Below, in pieces: positions 29,233 through 37,548 of a stretch of DNA of 37,548 nt. Position 1 is the first letter of the stretch. Each line of letters starts with the position of its first letter. Made by a program: the position numbers and the translations under genes. The notes under the pieces were generated by a model that saw only the letters and a list, made by a program, of their open reading frames with translations, made no database searches and had not been told where the DNA came from. This DNA is from an uncultured Candidatus Kuenenia sp. (GTDB taxonomy: Bacteria > Planctomycetota > Planctomycetia > Pirellulales > UBA1268), in assembly GCA_964432895.1 (NCBI GenBank), contig CAYSPN010000440.1, forward strand, positions 1 to 37,548, written 5' to 3'.

Positions 29233-30912
29233 ATGAATGCCGTTCGCGTACTTGTTGTTGTCGTTGGTGTTGCCTTGATCGCAAGTGTGCCGGGCGAAGC
29301 CGCTGAGATTGCCTCGCGGGGGCAGTTGACGAAGGGCATTCTGAATGAAAGTCGCCTGTATCCCGGGGCGACACACGAGTATCAGGTCTATGTGCCGCCG
29401 CAGTTCACCGGAACAACGCCGGCGGCGGTCATGGTGTTTCAGGATGGTGCCTGGTATGCCAAGGCGGATGGGGCCTTCCGGGCGCCGGCGGTGTTTGATG
29501 CGTTGATCGACGCGGGGGCGATGCCGGTAACGATCGCGGTGTTCGTCAACCCAGGCATCGTGCCGCCGACCCGAGACGGGGCGAAGCCGCAGAGTATTCG
29601 ATCTTTCGAATACGATTCGCTCTCTGACCGCTACGCGCGGTTCCTCGTGGAGGATCTGCTTCCAGTCGCGTTGAAGGATTTGAACGTCTCAAGCGACCCG
29701 GCCCGGCGGGCGCTTTGCGGCATGTCTTCAGGGGGCATCTGTGCCTTCACGGCGGCCTGGCAGCGGCCCAATCAATTCGGCAAGGTGATGAGCCATATCG
29801 GCAGCTTTACGAACATCCGCGGCGGTGACATCTATCCGGCGGTCATCCGCAAGACGGAGCCCAAGCCGATCCGCGTGTATCTGGAAGATGCCAGTGGCGA
29901 CCTCGACAACCTCCACGGCAGTTGGCCGCTCGCGAATCAGGAGATGGCGGCTGCGCTCGAGTTCATGGGCTACGACGTGCGGTTCGACTATGCCGAGGGA
30001 TTCGGGCACAACGGCAAGCATGGCGCGGAACTGTTCAGGGATGCGCTCACGTGGCTCTGGCGGAACGAGGCCCACGAAACCGCGTTTGACGTGTCGGCTC
30101 CGCTTGGTGGTGATCGCGCCCTCCGGCGGCAACTGATTCCCGGCGCGGGATGGAGCGTCGTGACCGACGGCCTTGGCTTTGCCGACGCCTCTTGCACCGA
30201 CGCCCATGGACATTTTTATTTCTGCGACATGAAGGCACCGGCGGTCTACCGCGTGTCGGCTGCCGACGGCGCGAGGGAAGCACTCACCGCCGAGGCCGTC
30301 AGCGGCCTCGAGTGTGGGCCCGACGGCCGGCTCTATGGCTGCCAAGGGGGCAAGCAGCGGGTGATCGCGATTGACACGGTGTCGGGGAAGGTTGAGGTGA
30401 TCGCCACGGGCGTCGCCCCCAATGATCTGGCCATCACCCCGGATGGCTTTTTGTTTTTCACCGACACGAAAGCTGGCGAGGTGAAACGAGTCGCGATCGC
30501 GTCCGGCGAGGTCACGGTTGCGGCGCAGGGGCTGGCCGGTCCCAACGGCATCGCACTGACCCGCGACGGCGGGACGCTGGCCGTGTCGGAATACCGTGGC
30601 GAGCATGTCTGGACGTTTCGGCTGAATCCCGACGGAACGCTTGACGCCGGCATGCCGACGATGACTCTGCGACGCGGAGACGGGCCCGAGGCCCGGGGTG
30701 ATGGCATGGCGGTCGATGCGACGGACCGGTATTACGTGACCAGCGCCGTGGGGATCCAGATCTTCGATCCCACCGGCAGGCTCTCCGGCGTCATGGCGAC
30801 GCCGGATCCGGCAAAGCCGCTGACCAGTTGCATCCTTGCCGGCCCCGGCCACGAGTATCTGTACGTCACCAACGGCGACACGATTTTTCGGCGTCGGCTG
30901 AAGATTGACTGA
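29233..30912 (+). CDS. Secreted two-domain protein: esterase (enterochelin/xylan-esterase-like alpha/beta hydrolase) fused to an SMP-30/gluconolactonase/LRE beta-propeller
   Basis: Frame of ORF 29053..30912. ATG 29233 gives the signal peptide MNAVRVLVVVVGVALIASVPGEAAE. N-terminal half: YQVYVPPQF..VMVFQDG..CGMSSGG (GxSxG)..GHNGKHG. C-terminal half: repeated propeller-like blades (..PNDLAITPDGFLFFTD.., ..PNGIALTRDGGTLAVSE.., ..GDGMAVDATDRYYVT..). Confidence 0.8.
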   Translation: MNAVRVLVVVVGVALIASVPGEAAEIASRGQLTKGILNESRLYPGATHEYQVYVPPQFTGTTPAAVMVFQDGAWYAKADGAFRAPAVFDALIDAGAMPVTIAVFVNPGIVPPTRDGAKPQSIRSFEYDSLSDRYARFLVEDLLPVALKDLNVSSDPARRALCGMSSGGICAFTAAWQRPNQFGKVMSHIGSFTNIRGGDIYPAVIRKTEPKPIRVYLEDASGDLDNLHGSWPLANQEMAAALEFMGYDVRFDYAEGFGHNGKHGAELFRDALTWLWRNEAHETAFDVSAPLGGDRALRRQLIPGAGWSVVTDGLGFADASCTDAHGHFYFCDMKAPAVYRVSAADGAREALTAEAVSGLECGPDGRLYGCQGGKQRVIAIDTVSGKVEVIATGVAPNDLAITPDGFLFFTDTKAGEVKRVAIASGEVTVAAQGLAGPNGIALTRDGGTLAVSEYRGEHVWTFRLNPDGTLDAGMPTMTLRRGDGPEARGDGMAVDATDRYYVTSAVGIQIFDPTGRLSGVMATPDPAKPLTSCILAGPGHEYLYVTNGDTIFRRRLKID

Positions 30913-30940
30913 CGACGACTGGGCGAACCACACCCAGTGC

Positions 30941-32527
30941 TCAGTGGCGACCGGAGATGCCCTCCACCATCCGCATGATGCCGAGCGGGTTGCCATCCTT
31001 GAGGGCGTCGGGCAGGAGTGACTGCGGCACGTCCTGGTAGCAGACCGGCCGGATAAACCGCTCGAGGGCCGCGCTGCCGACGCTTGTGAACCGGGCGTCG
31101 CTCGTGGCTGGCCACGGCCCGCCATGCTGCATTGCATGGCAGACCTCGACGCCCGTCGGCCAGGCGTTGACGATCAGCCGGCCGGCGATTGTCGCCAAAA
31201 TGCCGAGCAGGCCAGCCATCGTCGCCAGATCCTCGGTGGTGCCGTGAACGGTCGCCGTGAGCTGGCCATCAAGTCGCCGGGCGAGTGCTTCAAGTTGCTC
31301 GGCTGACTGACACTTCACGACCAGACTAAATGGCCCAAACACTTCCTCGGTGAGTTGAGGTTGGGCGAGGAAGGTCTCTGCATCGGTCTCCATGACGATC
31401 GCCGCCGCCTGGGTTTTCGCGGCGTCGACGGGCACGGTGGAGCGGGTGGCGACCGCCGTGCCCGCCTGCCCGCCGAGCGTGTCGCGGCCATGCTCAAATG
31501 CGCTGAGGATGTCGCGGGACAGCATCGAGGCCGGAGCAGTGCCGGCGATCGCTTCAGCGACTCCGGCGATGAAGGAATCGAGCAGCGGGCCGGCCACCCC
31601 GAAGACGAGCCCCGGCTTGGTGCAAAACTGGCCCACGCCGAGCGTCATCGAGGCGGCGAAGCCTGTGGCAATTTCCCCGGCGCGATCGGCCAACGCCCCG
31701 GGGAGGAGAAACACCGGATTCAGGCTGCTCATCTCGGCGAAGACGGGAATCGGATCGGGCCGGGCGGCCGCGGCATCGAAGAGAGCCCGCCCCGCCGCCC
31801 GCGAGCCGGTAAACCCGACGGCCCGGGCCGCGGGATGCCGCACAAGGGCTGTGCCAATCACGCTGCCTTCGCCGTGCAGCATCGAGAACGTGCCCGCTGG
31901 CAACCCACAGGCCTCGACCGCCCGCTGAATCGCCCCGGCCACGAGTTCCGATGTGCCGGGATGGCCGCGGTGGGCTTTCACGACGACCGGGTTTCCCGTG
32001 CACAGGGCGCTCGCGGTGTCGCCCCCGGCCACCGAGAAAGCGAGCGGAAAATTGCTGCTGCCAAACACGACGACCGGCCCAAGCGGCCGCTTCATGCGTC
32101 GCAGATCAGGCCGCGGGAGTGGCTGCCGCTCGGGCATCCCGCGGTCGATCCGGGCATCGACCCATGAGCCGTCGCGGGCCATCGCGGCAAAAAGCTTCAG
32201 TTGATTAACGGTGCGGCCCCGCTCGCCCGTGAGGCGAGCTGCCGGCAACGCCGTCTCGAGGCCCGCTCGCTCGATGAGGGCATCGCCGAGTCCCACGATC
32301 TCGTCGGCGATCCGCTCGAGGAAGGTCGCTCGGGCCTCACCTGTTGTCTGAGCAAGGGGCGCTGCCGCCGCGGCCGCAGCTCGCATCGCAACCGCGACAT
32401 CTTCGAGCGAGGCCAGGCAGAACGCTCCTGGCAGACCGTTGCCATCAAGCGGGCTGCTGATCCGTTGCACGCGGTCGGCATCGTGCAGGTGCCCGGCAAT
32501 GAAGTTTTTTCCATGGAGTAATGGCAT
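30941..32527 (-). CDS. NAD(P)-dependent aldehyde dehydrogenase, alpha-ketoglutarate semialdehyde (2,5-dioxovalerate) dehydrogenase-like
   Basis: ORF track, 528 aa. PLGPVVVFGSSNFPLAFSVAGGDTASALCTGNPVVVKAHRGHPGTSELV..GFTGSRAAGRALF..PIPVFAEMSSLNPVFLLP matches the KGSADH-like ALDH subfamily pattern. Confidence 0.8.
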   Translation of the reverse strand: MPLLHGKNFIAGHLHDADRVQRISSPLDGNGLPGAFCLASLEDVAVAMRAAAAAAAPLAQTTGEARATFLERIADEIVGLGDALIERAGLETALPAARLTGERGRTVNQLKLFAAMARDGSWVDARIDRGMPERQPLPRPDLRRMKRPLGPVVVFGSSNFPLAFSVAGGDTASALCTGNPVVVKAHRGHPGTSELVAGAIQRAVEACGLPAGTFSMLHGEGSVIGTALVRHPAARAVGFTGSRAAGRALFDAAAARPDPIPVFAEMSSLNPVFLLPGALADRAGEIATGFAASMTLGVGQFCTKPGLVFGVAGPLLDSFIAGVAEAIAGTAPASMLSRDILSAFEHGRDTLGGQAGTAVATRSTVPVDAAKTQAAAIVMETDAETFLAQPQLTEEVFGPFSLVVKCQSAEQLEALARRLDGQLTATVHGTTEDLATMAGLLGILATIAGRLIVNAWPTGVEVCHAMQHGGPWPATSDARFTSVGSAALERFIRPVCYQDVPQSLLPDALKDGNPLGIMRMVEGISGRH

Positions 32528-32549
32528 GATGGCTTCGCGGCGTTGGCGG

Positions 32550-33431
32550 TCAGACGATGGTCACGGCATTTTCCAGGCGACCGATTCCGCTGATGATGAT
32601 CGTGATGTGATCGTGTGGTGCCAGCGTGAAGGAGTCGTCGGGAACGATACCCGTGCCGGTCAGCAAGACGACTCCTCGAGCGAACGCCTGGGACCGCCAC
32701 AGGTAGGCCATCAGGTCGGCAAACGGACGTTTAATCTTGTCGATGCTGGTCTCACCGGCAAACACGACTTTGCCTGACCGGGAGATCGACACGGAAATCG
32801 ACCACTGGCGAATGACCTGTTCATCATCAACCAGCGTGATCCATGGGCCAAGGGAACATGACCGGTCGTAGGTTTTTGCCTGGGGAAGGTAGAGCAGATT
32901 TTCCCCCTCGATGTCGCGGGAACTCATGTCATTGCCGATCGTGCAGCCAATGAGCTTGCCACGTGAATTCATGACAAGTGCAAGCTCCGGTTCAGGCACG
33001 CTCCAGGTGGCGTCGCGACGAATGCCGACCGTGTCTCCCGGCCCGACAACCTTTTCCCCGATGGCCTTGAAGAAGATCTCGGGGCGGGGGGCCTCGTAGA
33101 CGCGATCATAGGCTGTCGCGCTGAAATCCGACTCCTCCATCCGCGCCGTCTTGCTGCGGAGGTAGGTGACACCCGCCGCCCAGACTTCCTGGCGTTCAAC
33201 CGGTGGGAGAAGTACGACCCCAGCAAGCGGATGGACCATCGACGCGCGTTGAACCGCCGCTCTGGCCGCACCGGCCGGGTCATCAGACTCGAGGAGGCTG
33301 GTCAGGGTCGGAGCATCGGCATCAGGCAGTTCGGCGATGCGATTGGCCTCCAACACGAGGCCAATCCGCGGCCGATCCCCCGACGCAGCGTGCCGGAAGC
33401 GGCACAGCCGAATCACATCATCGCGTTTCAT
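32550..33431 (-). CDS. Fumarylacetoacetate-hydrolase-family protein, 2-keto-3-deoxy-pentonate dehydratase-like (XylX/KdaD type)
   Basis: Frame of ORF 32550..33521; start at ATG 33431. [42 protein letters not shown] and the C-terminal GTGIVP..GIGRLEN are FAH-fold motifs. It lies 22 nt upstream of the KGSADH-like gene. Confidence 0.75.
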   Translation of the reverse strand: MKRDDVIRLCRFRHAASGDRPRIGLVLEANRIAELPDADAPTLTSLLESDDPAGAARAAVQRASMVHPLAGVVLLPPVERQEVWAAGVTYLRSKTARMEESDFSATAYDRVYEAPRPEIFFKAIGEKVVGPGDTVGIRRDATWSVPEPELALVMNSRGKLIGCTIGNDMSSRDIEGENLLYLPQAKTYDRSCSLGPWITLVDDEQVIRQWSISVSISRSGKVVFAGETSIDKIKRPFADLMAYLWRSQAFARGVVLLTGTGIVPDDSFTLAPHDHITIIISGIGRLENAVTIV

Positions 33432-33498
33432 GCGTGAGTCCAGTACCTTAGTCGGGGTTTCTCTCAACGTTGTCTTTGCCGTTACCCTCGCGAAGTTG

Positions 33499-33508
33499 CA
33501 ATATATTG
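33499..33508. promoter_or_regulatory. AT-rich 10-bp perfect palindrome CAATATATTG in the divergent promoter region
   Basis: It lies in the 294-nt, relatively AT-rich gap between the divergent FAH/KGSADH operon and the xylonate-dehydratase-like gene. Confidence 0.25.
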
Positions 33509-33725
33509 GCCGCGCTGTCATCTCTCAAGCGGCACGGCTGCTGATGAAGGATCGGGCAATCTCCAAGGAGCAGATGAATTGGAGTCTTCAGCATCTCACA
33601 AAAAAAATGAAGCGACGGCTGTCTCTCGAGCATCAATCCCCGGCTCAAGGGATCATCAGGATGAGCTCCCGCTGTGACGTGGTTCTTTATCGATCCCTGC
33701 ACCCCGTTGGCTCCGAGGGTCTTCC

Positions 33726-35723
33726 ATGACGCATGAAGGGCATGAAGAACTGTGGAAGACCCTCCTCGCTGATGAGGATCCGGGCATCTTCTCGCTGCAG
33801 TCGGTTGCCGAGGGGCCGACGGGGAGTCTTCCCTTCACCGACCGCATGCTGCGGGAAAGCCCGAGCGGAGATTTGTTCGGGCTCTCGCAGAACGTCGGCA
33901 TGGGATGGTCGCCGGCGGCCGCCGCTGGCAGGCAGTTTTTGATCCTGTCGACCCAGGGGGGCGTGCGGGCACCCGATGGTGCGCCGGTGGCGCTCGGTTA
34001 TCACACCGGCCACTGGGAAATCGGTCTTCTCGTGCAGGCGGCGGCCGACGAGTTTCGTCGCCTGGGCACGGTTCCGTTTGCCGGCTTCTGCTCCGACCCG
34101 TGCGACGGGCGGACCCAGGGAACGACCGGAATGTTCGACAGCCTCCCGTACCGCAATGATGCGGCGATCGTTTTTCGGAGGCTGGCCCGATCGCTGCCGC
34201 AGCGGGCCGGCGTGCTCGGGATCGCAACCTGCGACAAGGGACTGCCGGCGATGCTCATGGCGGTGGCCGGGCTTCTCGATCTGCCGAGTGTGGTTGTGCC
34301 CGGTGGCGTCACGCTGCCGCCCCGCCAGGGCGAGGACGCAGGAACGATCCAGACCATCGGCACGCGATACGTCCACGGGCAGGTGACGCTCGAGGAGGCC
34401 TCCGACCTCGGCTGTCGGGCGTGTGCCTCGCCGGGCGGCGGGTGCCAGTTCCTAGGAACCGCGGCGACCGCGCAGGTGGTCGCCGAAGCCCTCGGCCTGA
34501 CGCTCCCGCACGCGGCGCTCGCGCCGAGTGGCCAGCCGGTTTGGCGTGATCTTGCCGTACGGTCTGCCCGCGCCCTTGTTGCCAATGCGGCGCTCGGAAG
34601 CACGACACGAGACATTCTCACTCCCGCGAGTCTCGCCAACGCCATGGTGGTCCACGCAGCCTTCGGGGGATCGACAAACCTGCTGCTTCATATTCCGGCG
34701 ATCGCCCATGCGGCCGGGCTGCCCATCCCAACCGTCGAAGAATGGATCGCCGTCAACCGTCGCACGCCCCGGATCGTGAGCGTGCTCCCCAACGGACCGA
34801 TTCATCATCCGACCGTCCGGGTCTTTCTGGCCGGGGGCGTTCCCGAGGTGATGCTCCACCTCAACCGACTCGGTTTACTCGATTGCTCGGCCCGTACCAT
34901 CACAGGGTCGACGCTTGCGGAGCAGTTGGCCTGGTGGGAAACAAGCGACCGGCGTCGACGCTTTCGTGAGCTACTCATCTCTCTTGATGCGGTCGATCCG
35001 GATGACGTGATCATGACTCCGCAGCTCGCACAGTCCCGCGGCCTCCGGGGCACGATGGCCTTCGTCCGTGGCACCATCGCTCCCGAGGGGGGCGTGGTGA
35101 AGGCCACGGCGATCGATCCCCGCGTGGTCGATGCCGACGGCGTCTATCGGCATGTCGGCCCGGCTCGGGTATTTGCCAGCGAGCGGGCGGCAATGGCCGC
35201 GATCAAGGCGGGTAGCATTCAGCCAGGGGATGTGCTCGTGTTGGCCGGTATCGGTCCGATGGGCACCGGCATGGAAGAGACCTACCAGGTGACCAGCGCG
35301 ATCAAGCGGCTCCCCTTTGGAAACCGCGTGGCACTCATCACCGATGCCCGCTTCTCGGGCGTCTCCACGGGCGCCTGCATCGGTCATGTGGGCCCGGAGG
35401 GGTTGGCTGGTGGACCGATTGGGAAGCTCATTGATGGCGACGTGATTGCGATCACGATTGACACAAAGGCGGCGACGGGAAGCGTCGATCTGCGGGGACA
35501 TGGAGCAGAACCATATTCCGCGGAGATGGCGACTCACGAATTGGCGGGCCGATCGACCCGCCCCGACCTCGCCGCCGACCCACATCTCCCGCAGGACACC
35601 CAACTCTGGTCGATTCTACAACAAGCCAGTGGCGGCACATGGCGGGGATGTGTGTATGACACCGAGCGAATCCGGAGCGGCTTGCTTTATGGAAGTCTGA
35701 ATGGAGGGAAGTGTCCGCAATGA
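33726..35723 (+). CDS. IlvD/Edd-family dehydratase of the YjhG/YagF (D-xylonate dehydratase) type
   Basis: ORF track, 665 aa. [73 protein letters not shown] and [26 protein letters not shown] follow the E. coli YjhG/YagF sequence as I remember it. The length also agrees (~655 aa). Confidence 0.85.
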   Translation: MTHEGHEELWKTLLADEDPGIFSLQSVAEGPTGSLPFTDRMLRESPSGDLFGLSQNVGMGWSPAAAAGRQFLILSTQGGVRAPDGAPVALGYHTGHWEIGLLVQAAADEFRRLGTVPFAGFCSDPCDGRTQGTTGMFDSLPYRNDAAIVFRRLARSLPQRAGVLGIATCDKGLPAMLMAVAGLLDLPSVVVPGGVTLPPRQGEDAGTIQTIGTRYVHGQVTLEEASDLGCRACASPGGGCQFLGTAATAQVVAEALGLTLPHAALAPSGQPVWRDLAVRSARALVANAALGSTTRDILTPASLANAMVVHAAFGGSTNLLLHIPAIAHAAGLPIPTVEEWIAVNRRTPRIVSVLPNGPIHHPTVRVFLAGGVPEVMLHLNRLGLLDCSARTITGSTLAEQLAWWETSDRRRRFRELLISLDAVDPDDVIMTPQLAQSRGLRGTMAFVRGTIAPEGGVVKATAIDPRVVDADGVYRHVGPARVFASERAAMAAIKAGSIQPGDVLVLAGIGPMGTGMEETYQVTSAIKRLPFGNRVALITDARFSGVSTGACIGHVGPEGLAGGPIGKLIDGDVIAITIDTKAATGSVDLRGHGAEPYSAEMATHELAGRSTRPDLAADPHLPQDTQLWSILQQASGGTWRGCVYDTERIRSGLLYGSLNGGKCPQ

Positions 35724-35834
35724 CCATATGCCGACGTCTGCACAGGCAAGCGACCCGCCTTGCGACCTGCCCTCTTAAACGTCGCCACGTTCAGAGAGAG
35801 AATCTCTGGTGGTGTAAACCAAGGGAGGGCACGA

Positions 35835-36171
35835 GATGCCAAGAAGAGGTACTTTCGCAAGCGATAATTGGGTAACGGTTTGCCGGTGACCGGGAGTTGG
35901 GCCTCCACTCCCCGAAAGTTGGAGACTGACGGGAGCCTGACCGCGCTCCGACGGGCGCTGATGGAGCGGGATTGCGGGGCGGTTTTCAGCCTGCGCGCAG
36001 ACTCGCCTTGAATCCGACCGCGGGACGGAACGTTCAGAGGCTCCGAATGTCTATCACCGGCAGGTCGTCAGACGATGCTTGCAAGATGTCGCGATCGTCG
36101 TGCGCCTGCACGAACTCTTCCCAGTCGGTCGGCGGGCCACGGGCGGGAGAGACGGGAAGCGGAGCCAGCAA
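35835..36171 (-). mobile_element. 3' end fragment of a third IS91-family copy (last 45 codons plus non-coding end)
   Basis: Minus strand reads LLAPLPVSPARGPPTDWEEFVQAHDDRDILQASSDDLPVIDIRSL* (stop 36034-36036). The downstream block 35978-36015 (TTCAAGGCGAGTCTGCGCGCAGGCTGAAAACCGCC) parallels 6561-6600. A weak F2-like stretch lies near 35835-35880. Confidence 0.6.
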
Positions 36172-36253
36172 CCCGCCATAACCCCGCGCCCTCACTCCCT
36201 CAACCCCCGCCCCCTCGCCCACGACCGCGCATCCAAGTCCAGCCTCGCGTGCC

Positions 36254-36552
36254 CTATATAGCCTCAAGGCTCCGCTGGCACTCGTAGATCAGCTCGTTCA
36301 GCACCCTCACGCCTGCATCCAAGTCCGCGTGTCTGATCCCGTCGGCGTGAAGCAGATCGAACTCGAAGGCTGCGGCATCTTCCGGGCGAGTTTCTCCAGC
36401 TTGTCGAGGAACTCCAGATACGGCGAGGCGAACTCCTTCTTCTTGCGGCCCGAGTGGTATTTGGGGTCGCTGAAGTTGTTCCGTCGGGCGTTCCGGAGCA
36501 TGGCCAGAAGTTCCCGGCCTGCTGGATCGTTGAATGAACTTGCGTTCGGCAT
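36254..36552 (-). pseudogene. Small gene of unknown function with a strong Shine-Dalgarno, probably frameshifted near 36385
   Basis: AAGGAGGAtgccATG at 36552. The N terminus MPNASSFNDPAGRELLAMLRNARRNNFSDPKYHSGRKKKEFASPYLEFLDKLEKLA is protein-like. ORF 36307..36552 then degenerates. Another frame continues PEDAAAFEFDLLHADGIRHADLDAGVRVLNELIYECQRSLEAI* (stop 36254-36256). Confidence 0.4.
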
Positions 36553-36824
36553 GGCATCCTCCTTGATGTGTTGGGTGTGCCGGGGCTGCTTTGGCCGCGG
36601 CGAAAATCTGGACTTTCCGGCAATTCGCGTGTTGGCCGACGTCGAAACCCGTGAACTTCCATGAGGTTTTCTACGTCGAGCCAGCCTCTATTTGAGCGCA
36701 TGGTGGTGCCCTTTCTGGCATGGTGTCGTCTCACACGCTCCCTAAACCATAGGGAACCACGGGCCAGACCATGTGTGTTGCGAAATGCTGCGCCCGCAAA
36801 ACATGTACCCACCAAATCGAGGCT

Positions 36825-37280
36825 TCATGGATGGCTGAAAAAGCCTTCCCCACCACCTTCCCCACCACCTTCACGCCGTCTGAGCCACTGGGGCCGCGCT
36901 ACCCGACTGGCTGCCTTCCTTCGGCGTTGCAGCCTTGGGCACGACAGCCGGCACCTGACATGCGGCCATGATCGGCACCTGCGTATCCATGAATGCCAGA
37001 CGGGTTCCTTGTTGAAGTTCAGGACCAGCGTCAGGAACTTGGTCTGCCAGTCGATGTGCTGAAGCCAATACGTTGTATCCACGAGCGTCAGGGAGTCTTC
37101 GAGGAGATACCCACGAGATTCCGCCTGACACAGCAGTTCGACGAGCCTGTGAGTGTTGGTGGCGAGGAACTCGTGGCAGCGAATGAACTCCTGCTTCATC
37201 TGCAACACCTCGGCGATGGCCTCTGCCGCCTTCCGGATGTTGGCTTCGGTGTTGGTGGGTTGTGGTTGCGGCGTGTCCAT
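36825..37280 (-). CDS. Hypothetical protein; only the N-terminal ~95 aa look coding
   Basis: Frame of ORF 36825..37289 (TTG); ATG at 37280. MDTPQPQPTNTEANIRKAAEAIAEVLQMKQEFIRCHEFLATNTHRLVELLCQAESRGYLLEDSLTLVDTTYWLQHIDWQTKFLTLVLNFNKEPVW is followed by an Arg-rich tail running through a 12-bp repeat. No family recognised. Confidence 0.3.
   Translation of the reverse strand: MDTPQPQPTNTEANIRKAAEAIAEVLQMKQEFIRCHEFLATNTHRLVELLCQAESRGYLLEDSLTLVDTTYWLQHIDWQTKFLTLVLNFNKEPVWHSWIRRCRSWPHVRCRLSCPRLQRRRKAASRVARPQWLRRREGGGEGGGEGFFSHP
36845..36874. repeat. 12-bp tandem repeat cttccccaccac x2.5
   Basis: 36845-36856 and 36857-36868 are identical, followed by a partial third unit. Confidence 0.85.
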
Positions 37281-37548
37281 ATGCTCCAAGGTAGCGCGCG
37301 GGCTTCGTCGGCGCTACACTGCACGCATGATTTCCAGTCGTCGTGATTCCGCGCGCATTCTCTGCTGCCACCGCGGAGCCCTGTTGGGGGCCGGCAGTCT
37401 GTTCTCCACGCCTGCCCACTCCTTCGTAAACCGCCCTGGCTGGCGCGAATTTCAGACGGTTTTGGCGGGCCTTCGACGGGAATGCCCCCCAGCCCTCCCT
37501 GTCGTCGTTCGGGCCTCCTGGCTGCCCGAAACGATCCTGGGCCAGTGC

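Noticed and set aside
36264-36815. ORF 36264..36815 (-, 183 aa) spanning the small-gene region.
   Set aside because: The translation is Arg/Ser/Pro-rich. It overlaps, in a different frame, the SD-preceded ORF starting at 36552. It is probably not coding.
1-37548. Looked for CRISPR arrays, tRNA/rRNA genes, integrases and toxin-antitoxin pairs across the window.
   Set aside because: I saw no periodic direct repeats with spacers, no T-loop-like GGTTCGAATCC context and no tyrosine or serine recombinase motifs by eye. Absence cannot be proven without tools.

Overview
GC-rich window whose gene content looks like a Planctomycetota chromosome: a DUF1559 prepilin-like protein, a PSCyt/DUF1549/DUF1553 + DUF1501 pair, a DUF1592-type + DUF1552 pair, five Cys-type sulfatases and a planctomycete-style ECF sigma factor. 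Layout, left to right: partial TlpA-like redoxin (1-280, -); an uninterpretable stretch with a truncated PD-(D/E)XK nuclease ORF; two small inverted IS91-family transposase fragments (1800-2492); sulfatase (+) and OprB-type porin (-); a decay zone at 5.7-7.9 kb holding an Ntn-hydrolase relic, two abutting IS91 fragments and a 5'-truncated IS91 copy. Then come a minus-strand operon ECF sigma / anti-sigma / DUF1592-type / DUF1552 (13548 down to 7937); a sulfatase 3' relic; DUF1559 + lipoprotein; a three-sulfatase operon (20966 down to 15730); and a ThuA-like relic. An 801-aa ORF (21733-24138) appears to be a sulfatase reading through an intergenic region into a secreted DUF1080/LamG-like gene. 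It is followed by PSCyt/DUF1553, DUF1501, an esterase-SMP30 lactonase fusion, and a Weimberg-type pentonate module (KGSADH-like aldehyde dehydrogenase, FAH-family dehydratase, YjhG/YagF-type xylonate dehydratase). The right end (35.7-37.5 kb) holds another IS91 end fragment and unassignable small ORFs. The most interesting signal is non-coding. A ~50-nt promoter-shaped module (F1) sits in the same orientation 31-66 nt upstream of four transcription units, including the ECF sigma gene. A related 46-nt repeat (F2) is associated with the IS91 3' ends. I saw no rRNA, tRNA or CRISPR array. All homology calls come from reading the translations by eye; no database search was possible.
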